A stretch of DNA of 63,325 nt, the filler included, from Octopus bimaculoides (taxonomy: Eukaryota): assembly GCF_001194135.2 (NCBI RefSeq). It is 7 parts of 7 records of this genome, joined end to end, with 100 filler letters (N's around TTAATTAATTAA, not from the genome) between each part and the next. Parts side by side here need not be neighbours in the genome. Positions count along the whole stretch, not along the records: positions 1 to 22,901 come from NC_068990.1; 6 more parts are not named here. One strand, written 5' to 3'. Shown here in pieces: positions 11,429 to 23,001 of the stretch. The notes beneath the pieces were generated by a model that was not told the origin of the DNA, did no database searches, and saw only the letters and a list, made by a program, of their open reading frames with translations. Each line of letters starts with the position of its first letter. The first letter of the stretch is position 1. A program made the position numbers and the translations under genes.

Positions 11429-12360
11429 TTGTGCAAATTTTATGGTATACAAAATCGTAAAATTAGGGAAGAATTGTTGACTGGTTTACTCGAGTTGCAA
11501 AAACAGCAACAACAACTGCAAGAACAACAAGAATTACAGCAACAACAACAAATGCTGCAATTAATGAATAGAAAATCTTCCAAAAATGCTGAAACGATGT
11601 TCTTGACAGATTATATTGCAAACTCAATAACGGAATTTAAATATGAACTAGACAAGGGAGTTACCTTCAAGGTGTACTATAGAAGACATGAACAGATCAT
11701 CAATAAAGAGTGCAAAGATTGGGACAACAATATGAAAACATGTCTAATCCTAAGAAAACTGTTCATAAGAGAACATGAGCATTACAGCAATTACGTACTT
11801 CTGAAAAAAACCTTCTGACATAAAACTTTAGAAATACGAATTTTAGCAAGTAAAGCTCGTTGTTCAATACACACTGGAAATGGTTAAACCTAGAAAAAAA
11901 AAAAAACAGGAGGACAACATCACTTATGCTGGTAGAGTTAACAGAAAATGTGAAAAGTTCAAACTGGACAAGTTAACACTAAACATGTTCAAGTGCCTGA
12001 TATTTACTCAGGAACTAACTGCTGAAAAAGATGCAGAAGTAAGAACAAGAATTTTCACTAAGCTGGAACAAAACCAAGCTGTAACTTTACAACAAGCGTC
12101 AGAAGAGTGTGAAAGAATAGTAAATCTAAGATACAACACAGAAAATTGAACATAAAGATTGGTCCCAAGTGAAACAAGTGCGAAACAGGCAGAACAGAAA
12201 TCAAGTGTGTACTAAAATATAGTACAAACAGGACAAAAGTCAGGAAACAAACACATGTTTTGCATGTGGAGGTCTACACCTGAGAAAAAACAGCCCATTT
12301 AAGAAAGTGGAATGTTTCTGTTGTGGAAAAATTGAACATGTAAAAGTGCACTAGAAAACC
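11429..12360 (+). pseudogene. Gypsy gag, disrupted
   Basis: Gln-rich N-terminus, FKYELDKGVTFKVYYRRHE, ITYAGRVNRKCEKFK and FKCLIF motifs, followed by two degenerate CCHC-like knuckles near 12250-12350. Confidence 0.8.
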
Positions 12361-12419
12361 AAGATTACAAAACGGAACACAGAAAACAAGATGCTGTCGA
12401 AAGAAAATGGTAATGTGAC

Positions 12420-15300
12420 AAAGAGGAAATTCGTAAATGTGAAAATTGAAAATATAAGAGTAAAAATGCAGTTAGATACTTGAAGTGATATTACTATTGT
12501 GAAGAAATTTAGAAATATATCGGTAAGCCAAAACTAAGTAAATCTACAAAAGTAACACACGGTGTTATGGGTAATAGATTGTATTTTGTAGGTGAGTTTG
12601 TGCATAACATGACATTTTGTGACCAAATGAAAATGGCAAAAGTATGTGTTAAAAAATTCAGTAAATTTGTTCAGATTGTAGAATATGCCCATAAGTGTTT
12701 TGTGTGGGAATATAGTCGGTTCAGGCATAGGTTCAAATGCAGCTGAGGGACTGAAATGAAAAATAAAACATTTATTCTCAGATGTTTTCTCAGACGAACT
12801 GGGCTGCTGCATGAAAACTAAGTAAAACAAATTGCAACACCATGTATTTAAGCCAAAATATAATGTACTGTTGTTCATGGCACTAGAACAGGTAAATAAG
12901 GAACTTGGAATACTTGAAAGCCTTGGAATAATCAAGAAAACGGACTACTCAGATTGGGCACCATCTATGATCTATGTAAAAAAGACAAATAATAAGTTAT
13001 GACTTTGTGCAGATTTATCAGCAGGTTTAAATGATTGCTTAAGCTCACATAACTACCTATTGACAAGTCCTGAGGAAATGTTCGCAAAACTGAATGGTGG
13101 GAAATTCTTCTCAAAATTAGACCTCTTGGAGGCATACTTACAAATCCAAGTAGAAGAATGCTTACAATTATTAGTCATTAATACACACCATGGCTTATTT
13201 AAATTTAAGTGGTTTCTCTTCGGTATAAAAGTGGCTCTTTCCATAACGGATACAATGCTGGCGGACTGTGATTCTGCTATCGTCTATCTAAATGATATCC
13301 TAATAAAAAATGAATCACACGAACATTTAGAACATGTAAAAAGGGTATTCAAAAAAATAAGAGAATATGGTTTTAAGCTAAGTGAAGAAAAATGTGAGTT
13401 CTTTCTGAAAAATATTAAATACTCGGGCCAGATAACAGATAAAAATGGATGGAAACTGGATCCATCCAGAGCAACTGCGATAAAAAATATGCCCATGCCA
13501 AACAATGTGACTATACTACAAGCATTTTTGGGATTAGTGACTACTACCAAATTTATATTCCCAATATACACAATGTAAGGGCCCTGCAAAATGATTTGTT
13601 AAAGAAAAATACAAAATAGAAGGCATTTGATGAATTAAAAAAACATTTTAACATCGAACACATTTTAAATCCAAAGCTGGATATTATATTAGCTACAGAT
13701 GCAAGTGATAATGGTGTAGGAACAGTGCTTCTGCACAAATATGACATGGAAGTAAAAAAGCTATAGCCCATGCATCACAATCATTATTACCAGTAGAAAG
13801 GAACTACAACCAAATAGAAAAAGAAGCATTAGCAATTATATTTAGTGTGAAAAAATTCCATAGATTTATTAATGGAAAAAGTTTCTGTCTACAAACGGAT
13901 CATCACCCACTACTGTCGATATTCAGTTCTAAAAAAGGAATACCAACTCACACAGCTAATAGACTACAGCAATGGGGCATTACCTTATTGAATTATGGTT
14001 TCAAAATGGAATATTTACCATCAAAGAAACTAGGGCCTGAGGATGGTTTGTCCAGACTGATGCCAAAACACTGCAAGCCATTTGAAGATATGGTAATCAC
14101 AGCATTAAGATCAGAAAGAGAAATAAAAAATGTAATGTGGAATGTGGTACCATGAATTACCTGTAACCATAGAAGACATAAAATGAAATGCAGAAAAGGA
14201 CAAATTCATAACAAAAATGAAAAGAATACTGTAGATAGGAAAAGTAAATGGGAACAGGATTGGTGTGAAACAAAATCAAGACGAGAACTTATACTCGATT
14301 TGTGATAATGTGTTGGTGTATGCACAGAGAGTAGTAATAATTGAAACACTCAAAAAGAAAATGTCAAGGGAATTTAATGTTGGACATCCTGGTATTTCAA
14401 GGATGAAAGCTTTAATGAGTAGCTACATGTACTGGCCAAAAATGGATAGAGAAATTGAAAATTTAGTGAAAGCCTGTAGAGGGTGTCTTCTAGCAGCAAA
14501 ATTACCAGCGATAAAAAGTGAACCTTGACCAAAAGTAGATGTTCTGTGGTTGAGACTACACATTGATTTCGCTTGTACCTTAAATGGTTCATACTACTTA
14601 GTGGTAGTAGATAGTTTCTCTAAATGGCCAGAAATTTGTAGGTGTAAAAGGCCAACCTCTACAACAATGACAAATTTTCTACATGAGCTGTTTGTGAGAT
14701 TTGGCATCCCAGACACTATAGTGTCTGATAATAGAATGCAAATTTGTGTCATTTGAGTTTTAAAAAATTTGTAAAATATTCGCTGTGAAACATATAACTA
14801 CTGTACCATACCACTGCAGATCTAACAGACAAGCAGAACACTTTGTTGATATGTTCAAGAGAACCCTATGAAAGTCAAATAAGGAAGTCATGGATACAGT
14901 AGCTCTACAACAATTCCTAAGAGTATACCGAGTGACACCAAATCCAAATACACCAGCAGGATTGTCACCAGCAGAGCTGATGCCTGCAAGGAAAATAAAA
15001 TCAGTCTTCAACAAATTGCTACCTGGTAAGAAAAGAAAAATTGCAATGGATAATACAGCAAGATATTTCAAAATTGGTGAAAATGTATTTGTTAGGGCAT
15101 ATAAGAACAGAAAACAAAGTTGGGAAGATGGCATGATTTTCAAACGCATAGGAAAAATGCTATACTTGGTAAAAGGAAGAAAATGAGTATACAAGAGACA
15201 CATAAGTCAACTAAAAAAAGATTCATTGAAAGCAAACCCAAGAGAATGGAAGAACCAATGGAATGTTATATGATACTTTTCAAGTACCAATGACACCACA
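12420..15300 (+). pseudogene. Gypsy pol (PR-RT-RNase H-integrase), disrupted
   Basis: QLDT*SD (protease); FSKLDLLEAYLQI and VYLNDILI (RT, YLDD mutated); ATDASDNGVG, EKEALAI and TDHHPL (RNase H); HPGISRMK, RLHIDFA, VDSFSKWPE and IVSDN (integrase). Many stops and frameshifts. Confidence 0.9.
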
Positions 15301-15458
15301 AATAATTGAACCCAGATGCACAAACAAAAGAAAAAGGAAATGTATGGAGTTTCTGGAAGTGGATGCCAAATGAAAGAAATATTAAATTTGTAACTGATGG
15401 AAAAAAGAATTAAAAAATAGAAAGAAATGAAATTACACTCCTTAAAGAAAAAAAACTT

Positions 15459-15469
15459 AAAAGGGGAGA
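15459..15469 (+). other. Polypurine tract
   Basis: AAAAGGGGAGA immediately before the 3' LTR TG. Confidence 0.8.
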
Positions 15470-15666
15470 TGCTGTGGGGATAATAATAATAATGGAACAT
15501 CTCTCCCACATAATGAGTGCTAGTCATAACAAATACTGTGACATAGGAAGTCAAGTCGTCAAGAAGTCGGCGAAGTCGGTCATAGTTAATCGTGTCTTAC
15601 TTATCTAACTAACTATACTGCTATACCAGAGTGGACATTACAACAGTCTGACATTGGATTACAACA
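15470..15666 (+). repeat. 3' LTR (197 bp)
   Basis: TGCTGTGGGGATAATAAT...TTGGATTACAACA followed by the TSD AACAC. Confidence 0.9.
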
Positions 15667-15679
15667 AACACCATACATA

Positions 15680-16100
15680 TCATCATCATTTAACATCCAT
15701 CTTCTGTGCTCGCATGGGTTGAATGGTTTGACAGGAGCTGGCAAGCCAAAGGACTGTATCAAGCTCTACTCTGTTTTGGCATGGTTTTTTATGGCTGGAT
15801 GCTCTTCCTAATGCCAACCACTTTACAGAGTAGACTGGATGCTTTGCATGTGGCACCAGCACAGTCGAGGTCTGCTTTGGCATAGTTTTCACATCTGGAT
15901 GCCCTTAATGCCAATCACATTACAGAGTGATTGGGTGTTTTTTAAGTGGCACCAGCACTGATGAGATCGGCATTGAAATGGTTTTTATGGCTGAATGCCC
16001 TTCCAAACAACAACCAGTTTACAGAGTGAACTGGATATTTTTTACGTGGCACCAGTATTGGAAAGATCATCAAGACAACTTGCAAGACAAATATCCTTTG
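15680..16100 (-). mobile_element. SINE family B with tandemly triplicated ~97-bp core
   Basis: Antisense (CAT)n tail, then three units CTG(G/A)ATGC..TT.C.AA..C.AACCA.TTTACAGAGT...GTGGCACCAG at ~15779, 15879 and 15975. Confidence 0.75.
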
Positions 16101-16539
16101 AAAGAGGTGGCTTTGTACAAGGTGATGAGAGACTAAAGTATGACAGAGGGACAGAAGCAAACAGAGGGAACATGATTACTCCAGTCAGAAGGAGAAAGTG
16201 AAAGAGGAAGTGAGTGAGGGAGAGAAAGCAAGATGAATAGAAGAGAATAGTGGTGACAGAAGATAAGCCAGAAGAAGGGGAGCCAAAGTGTGATGGTAAA
16301 AACAGTGATTGAGATGAGATCATGAAAGAAGGGATGAGTAATGGATAATGATGAAGTTGAATATGGTAAGAGTGAATGAAGGATGTCAATATCAGGTGGC
16401 CTGAAGGGTACAAAAGGGGTAATGTTTGGTCCTTTATACATAATGCTGCAAAATGGACAAAACAACTAGAGTAATATGGGGAAGAGAGAATAGGCTGAGT
16501 GTTGGAGAGATGAAAGTATCAGATAGGTCCAGTGACATA

Positions 16540-17521
16540 TGAGGTCTGATCAATAAGTATCTGGACTGTTGCCATAGTAATGAAGCTAAAGCATGCAGAG
16601 TAAAGCTGTTTGACACAGATTGACCTTGAACTCTGCTGTGCATGTGCACTAGGTTAAAACTAGCTCACTTCTGCTGTTTACAGCAGAGCTTAGAAGGAAG
16701 GTGTGTAGCGTGTGATCATCACGTGGACGATGACAGAGAAAGTTGTCATGGTGATACCTACTCAGAGGCCTATGCAAAGTTGCAGAAAGTGTATGGAGAG
16801 GAGTGTATGTTCCACACACAAGTGTATGAGTGGTTCAGACGTTTTCAAGATGGCCAAAAAAAATGTTGATATTAACAAACATTCTGGGAGGCCTACAACC
16901 AGCAGAACTGAGAAAAACAGCGCAGATGTGTGTGCAGCTGTGAGGGGAAATCATCAAATCACCATCCGTGAGTTATCAGAGGATGTGCAGATTAGTTATG
17001 GTTCAATTCAGTCCATTATCACTGAAGATTTGGATATGAGACCTATGTCTGCCAAGTTTGTGTCAAAACCACTTTCAGCTGACCAAATAAACACTCGGAT
17101 TTCAGTTGCACAAGATCTCCTTGATTGTGTTGAGAACGATGAAGACTTTTTGAAAACTTTGCATAGGCCTCTGAGCAGGTATTGCCAAGCTTTTGGCAAA
17201 ATTTGAAGCAGGAGCCTGGTGCAGCCTTCTGGCTCACCAGTCCTCAGTCAAACCGTCCAACCCATGCCAGCATGGAAAGCAGACATTAAACGACAATGAT
17301 GATTTTATGCTCAATTTTCTTTGTCATAGTCATTGTGATGATCAGACACTACACACCTTTCTTCCAAGCACTGCTGTAAACAGCGGAAGTGAGCTAGAAT
17401 GTTAAAACTTAGTGTGCATGTACAGCAGAGTTCAAGGTCAATCTGTGCCAAGCAGCTTCACTCTGTTTGCTTTAGCTTCGTTACTATGGCAACAGTCCAG
17501 ATACTTACTGATCAGACCACG
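16540..17521 (+). mobile_element. Mariner derivative whose right end is an inverted copy of its left end
   Basis: Flanked by TA on both sides (16538-39, 17522-23). 16540-16781 is inverted at 17155-17521. Internal N-terminal transposase: SEAYAKLQKVYGEEC, VYEWFRRF, SGRP, ITIREL, AKFVSKPL. Confidence 0.88.
17212..17301 (+). mobile_element. SINE family B 3' fragment inserted in the mariner right arm
   Basis: GAGCCTGGTGCAGCC...GCATGGAAAGCAGACATTAAACGACAATGATG. Removing it restores the antisense MTKKIEHKI...KFCQKLG. Confidence 0.8.
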
Positions 17522-19025
17522 TACATAATTACACTGGAAGCATGATACAGTGTGAGGAGAGATCCACTGACATCCCTAGTTACACTAATGGCATTAACTC
17601 TTAACATCATGTACAACATGACCCAACAGCACTGCTATCAGTCAGACCTATACTCCTATAGCAGCTAGAATTTAATCACTTTTGTTTATGTTCATTTTAA
17701 TCCTGACCAATATGTTGCTGAACTTTTGTGATTTATTTTTAGAGCTTTTTAGATCAAAACCCTGTTGGTTTCTGAACAAAGCACCCCAGCTTATCTGTAT
17801 ATTTGCTACAGATGGTCACTGTGTTTAAATATTCTGGATCAAATCTTGAAAAAAAAAAAAAAATGCTGCATCATGAATTATCAGAAACTAAACTGGTTCA
17901 GAATACCTAAATTATCAACCAACTGAATTACCTGTGTATGGTACAACAGTAACAAATCATGGGTGTTACTAGTGATTTGACTATGCTAGTGACTTTCAAA
18001 AATTTTGCAACACAATTGAACAGTTTTTAGCTAATACTACAATTCTTGCAAAAACATAATCCCAGATGCAATGAAAGCCCCAAATTTGCTGCACATTTTG
18101 ATTCAAATATACACTTCACACACAAGATACATCTCCTCCCAAGCTACCATTTTCCTTTCATCAGGCTCACTGTTATGCATTAGAGTAAAAGCACACACCA
18201 AACCAACAAGGCCACTGACAATGACAATGTCCATTTCATTACATTCAAATAATGTACCTGAAAACTAACATCTATCCTTACCCACTCTCTCCACCACCTC
18301 TCTCTCTCTCCACCACCTCTCTCTCTCTCCACCACCTCTCTCTCTCCACCACCTCTCTCTCTCCACNNNNNNNNNNCTCTCTCTCTCCACCACCTCTCTC
18401 TCTCCACCACCTCTCTCTCTCCCTCTCTTGGGATATATATCTTGATCTTTCTCCAAAACTTTGGTTGATTAGTAGAAAAAGAACAGAAGTCATGTAGTAA
18501 TTAAAAACAATAAGTTCACAAAATAGATTGAGAACTTCAGCTGATTGAAACAGAAATTAAATTTTATACATACAATAGAGACTAATAGTTACTTCTAAAG
18601 AGTTATGTGATGAAGTTAGTGCTAGTGGAACTAATGATACATAGTACTGTAACATACCATCACAAAAAAAAAATGAGAAACAAAAGCTTTGAGAACTATT
18701 TCAGTAATAAATAGAAGTATTCTTTGTGTAAAGTAGTCTAAATGAAGCCAATGTAAGAAATTTTGTGTGATGGTAACAAAAGCAGATAATGCTGAATACC
18801 TGCAGTAATCAAAAAGAAAGGAGTTACATACATGTGATCATTTATGTTTGCAATGTTCAGTGACAACAAAAAAAGTAACCAAAGGTGCCAGCTGATTTAT
18901 GCAGATGGAATGTAACAATACAAATTAAATATGCAATTAGCTATGCAAGATAAGGTATCAGTCAGTGGTAGATCAAAGAAGTCATGGAAAGAAAACATTA
19001 GACTATCAGATACTTGATCAATACA

Positions 19026-20300
19026 TTGGGTCATCTCATAAATAATGCACTTTTTTTATACTTCTTTTATTTTTCAAAATTAAGATAAACAAAGTTCTTT
19101 CTTAATCTAAAATATACTCTCCTTCATTTCTTACAATGCTCTTCCATCTATCTGGTAGTCTTGCAAGGCCCCTCTTCCAAAATTCCTTTGTCCGTGATGA
19201 AAAATATTCCCCCAGTACTGGTCTGACCTTGTCTACAGAATTCATATTATTTTTTCCATCCAAATGATCTTGAAAACTGCAAAATAAATGATAATCAGAT
19301 GGGACAATGTCCGGCGAGTATGGTGGGTGGGGCATCATTTCCCATTCAAACTGCTCCAGCCTTTGGAATATCATCCTCTCTGTATGTGGCCAAGCATTAT
19401 CCTGATGGAAGAAAATTTTTTGCCTTGAAACCAAAGATGGTCATTTTTCTTCTAGTGTTAACTTAAGCTGCTCGCAGTAGATCTCCCTTGTTATCATTTG
19501 GTTTGGGTTTAAAAGTTCAAAGCAGACTAAACCTTTCATATCCCACCAAACAGATAACAACACCTTGTGTGGATGAAGACCTTCTTTAGCTTGGAGTACT
19601 GGTCTTTCTCCTTTCCCTACCCACTGTTTTCAGCACTCAACATTTTTATAGAGAACCCATTTCTCATCACTAGTCACTATTTGGTCCAAAAAAGGTTCAT
19701 TCATGAGACATGACAGCAATGAAGAGCACATATTCACTCTCTGCGTGCAATTAAATTTGGAAAGTTTGTGAGGAATCCATTGACCCAATTTGCTGACTTT
19801 TCCAATGGTTGATGAATGGTTGAATGACCAAATCCAAGCTTCTCTGCTAGTTCCTCAACAATTACAATGGGATTTTGTTCCACCAGGGTTTGCAGGACAT
19901 CCTCGTCAAGCTCTACAGATCTTCCAGGACAAGGCTCATCTTCTCAGTTGTAGTTTCCGGCTCTGAATTTCTGGAACCACCGTTGACACTAGCTTACACT
20001 TATTGTCCAATCCTCATATACTGCATTAATATTCCTCGCACTTTCCGTTGCGTTGTTGCCTTTATTGAACTCATAAAGCAAAATATGCTGGATATGCTCC
20101 TTTGTCACTTCCATTATAACTTTGAAAAAATAACTGTTAAAATCAAACTGCACTCTTCAAAACTTACACTAAAAATAAGTACAAGTTAAAATTACTATCT
20201 GCTTTTATAGCAAGTTGATACAGGTGGTTTTTAACAATCCCCCTCCGACTTTTAGTTTATGCAATTGAAAAAAAAATACATTATTTATGGGATGACCCAA
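19026..20300 (-). mobile_element. Full-length (1275 bp) decayed mariner (DD34D-type)
   Basis: TIRs TTGGGTCATC(T/C)CATAAATAATG at both ends. Motifs IVTSDEKWVLY, LHPHKVLLSVWWD, HQDNAWPH and PYSPDIVPSDYHLF. Confidence 0.9.
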
Positions 20301-20457
20301 TACCTGATAGATCCATAGGGCTTACATAGCTAATGTCACCACTGCAAATAAGATGTAATGATGATGTCAAATAAATACATTTGATTTGTTTGTAGTTTAC
20401 TGAAATATTTGAAATATCTATAAAAACTAATAAATAAGCCAAGAAAGTATTATTTAC

Positions 20458-20499
20458 CTTTGTGTCCAAGAATAACAGCAAGATGCAATGGTGTATTGC
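20458..20499 (-). CDS. 42-bp coding exon, ankyrin repeat (ANKRD13-family-like)
   Basis: Acceptor CCTTTTTCTTATAG and donor AAG|GTAAAT, phase 1-1. It encodes (G)NTPLHLAVILGHK(x), a canonical ankyrin TPLH motif resembling GNTPLHLAVMLG.K of ANKRD13 proteins. Flanking exons were not found. Confidence 0.55.
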
Positions 20500-21120
20500 C
20501 TATAAGAAAAAGGTTGCATTCCAGTCAGTGTTGGTCATTGGATAAATTTTTAACTCAATGAATATATTTACAAGTCTAAATTCTATAATTAACAACTCAC
20601 TATCTTTCGTAGAATTATAACAGATACATATTCAAACATAGATATATTTAAAAAAATATACAGCAAGTAAAATATTTTCTAACTATTTCAGATCAAATGA
20701 GATAACTGACATTTGATATGGAAAATGTATGAATTGACTGACACACTATAATATTTAATTGATGGTCTCTATTAAAAGATGAAGTAATTCAAACTATATA
20801 TTAATGTTGCATAATTTCTAATTTTGAACAGAAGTTATATTGGGTTCCAATTTGAAACATGAAAAGTAAATTTCTCCATTTAAGTATCAGATAGACAAGT
20901 ATAAATGAAAAGGTTAATTTACTTTGTTGAACAGGATATAACAAAATATTAACCATTTTTATGCCTTTATGAACCTTTCAACAATAGTTCAAGAAAATTA
21001 ATGCAGAGGCTTCTTAAAACTAAGCAAACAGAATAATATATTATTCCTTAGCACAAAATACAATCACCGCAGAATATATTAAGACTGAACAATAAATAAT
21101 TGATTAGTTTGTTAGTTATA

Positions 21121-22039
21121 TGAGGTGGTATCAAAAAGTTTCCAGACTAGTTATGTTTAATAAAAAAAAATAACTTATTTACCTAAGTAAATCATTTCTT
21201 TCAAAATAGTCACATTGCGCAGCAATACACAGGTCCCAGTATTCCTGTATCTTTTGGAATCTAGCCTGAAAGTCATATTCCATAAGTGAGATGAGGACCT
21301 TCTATGATTTGCTCTTGATCTCGATAATGATGCTAAAACGGCAACTTCTGAGCTGCATTTTCATCTTGGAAAAAAGATGGAAGTCTGCAGGTGCTAAGTC
21401 TGGCGAATAGGGCAGATGCAGAAGTGATACCATGTTGTTTTTGGTAAGAAACTCATGAGTGATGAGAGCTCATCGACAGGGTGCATTGTTGTTGTGAAGA
21501 ATCCAGTTCTTCATGCTCCACAGATCCAGTCACTTTCAATGAATGTTTTCCCTCAAATACTTCAAAGTGTCGCAGTAGGACTCTTGATTGGTAGCCTGGC
21601 CCTGGGGGACAAATTCTCAAAGAATAATACCACATTTCCAGGGTTATCACTCATGGGAGGTCTTCCAGATCACTCATCATCTTCCAGGGATGTTCTTCCA
21701 CTTTTGAAGCACCGATGCCACTGGAAACATTGCGTATAACCCATTGCCTCATTGCCGTAAGCTTGCCGAAGCATGCTTAATGTCTCTGTAGCAGACTTCA
21801 CAAGTTTAACACAAAATTTCACATTGGCTCTTTGTTCCTGTCCATGACAAAATCACAGACTACAGCATACATGTGATCACAAAAACATAAATTTCACAAC
21901 TTGTGAAGTAAACACAGTGATGTCACTCAGCACACAGCCTCACAAAGGTTACTTCTAGCCCTCACTCCACACACAACTGTGTGCTGCCACCTGTTGGTGC
22001 ACTACAGGACTAGTTTGGGAAATTTTTCATACCACCAAG
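21121..22039 (-). mobile_element. Internally deleted mariner (919 bp)
   Basis: TA-flanked TIRs (TGAGGTGGTATCAAAAAGTTTCC / rc CTTGGTGGTATGAAAAATTTCC). The N-terminus KFCVKLVKSATET...SGRP is joined directly to EFVPQGQ...HNNNAPC...PYSPDLAPADFHLFPK. Confidence 0.88.
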
Positions 22040-22388
22040 TATATAAGTGTATAGACAGAAGACAAAGAAACAAAAAGGTAAGAAAAAAGAAAGCAATGAA
22101 AGGAAAATTAAGAGCTAAATAACTACACTGAAAAAAAAAAGACACACAGGTATATAGAAAAGTAGACAAGTAAATACAAAAAAAATATATTAGCATCAAA
22201 AAGAATTTGCCCACTAACTACAAACACTATAACTGTTGATTCTAAAGGAGCCTTCTTAACAGCTGAAAGAATCTATTTCCCAGGTACACTTTGTGTTTAA
22301 TACTCCAGTGCACCTACTACATATGAAGGCTCTCTTTGCAATTAACCTGCATGTGATAACACTACACCTCTTGTGTGTTCATCGTTTA

Positions 22389-22635
22389 CAATGGGCACAA
22401 AATGCACTTTTTAATTGTCAGTGTAGACATAATCAAGACACATAAAAATGAACAAAATTTAAAATACCAGATGAACACCAAAGCCTGCTTCTTACATAGA
22501 TATATACAAGTGAACAACTCTAATGTGCTATGTTGGATACATTTGGTGTTCATCTGGTATGTTGATTTTTGTTCATTTTTATGTGTCTTGATTATGCCTG
22601 CACTGATGATTAAACAGTGCATTTTGTGCACTAAT
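22389..22635. mobile_element. Palindromic MITE-like element, ~88-bp arms
   Basis: 22395-22482 aligns to the reverse complement of 22542-22629 (GCACAAAATGCACT...CATAATCAAGACACATAAAAATGAACAAAA...ATACCAGATGAACACCAAA). Confidence 0.8.
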
Positions 22636-22901
22636 TATGAAATCATATGATATGTGGCTGAATCTGCTTTTAAGGAGCTCGATTCTAGAATTGTATTCCC
22701 TCGTGTTCAGAACACTGTATTTATTATGGTAGTTTTGACATTAAGAGTCCCTCATAGCATGAGGCATTTATGTGTATTAATGCCCTTAATATAAATAAAT
22801 ATATTTAAAGGGAATAATTATATCCCTTATGAGGTTTTTTCATGCTGACTACTTGATAAATTCTTATGAAGATTTTATCCTATTTATATATATATATATA
22901 T

Positions 22902-23001
22902 NNNNNNNNNNNNNNNNNNNNNNNNNNNNNNNNNNNNNNNNNNNNTTAATTAATTAANNNNNNNNNNNNNNNNNNNNNNNNNNNNNNNNNNNNNNNNNNN
23001 N
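22902..23001. other. Artificial scaffold join spacer
   Basis: N44-TTAATTAATTAA-N44, with stops in all six frames. Identical spacers at 26055-26154, 39314-39413, 54774-54873, 57520-57619 and 59745-59844. Confidence 0.9.

Larger units (their letters stand above)
11132..15666 (+). mobile_element. Ty3/Gypsy LTR retrotransposon (Mag-like), full structure, decayed
   Basis: Two TG...CA LTRs and a 5-bp TSD AACAC (11127-11131 and 15667-15671). PBS-like and PPT sites are present. Domain order is gag-PR-RT-RH-INT. Confidence 0.93.

Noticed and set aside
15950-15985. CTGATGA...GAAA hammerhead-like spacing
   Set aside because: The intervening GATCGGCATT forms no credible stem II, there is no stem III or cleavage triplet, and it lies within a SINE B repeat unit.
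18148-18257. Minus-strand exon candidate (G)TLFECNEMDIVIVSGLVGLVCAFTLMHNSEPDERKM
   Set aside because: It is phase-compatible with the ankyrin exon and has a fair acceptor, but it does not continue an ankyrin repeat. Two frames are similarly open, so it is unsupported without RNA data.
20290-20345. Apparent exon GDISYVSPMDLS near the ankyrin exon
   Set aside because: It is out of phase with the ankyrin exon (joining gives a stop), and its donor region overlaps the mariner TIR flank.
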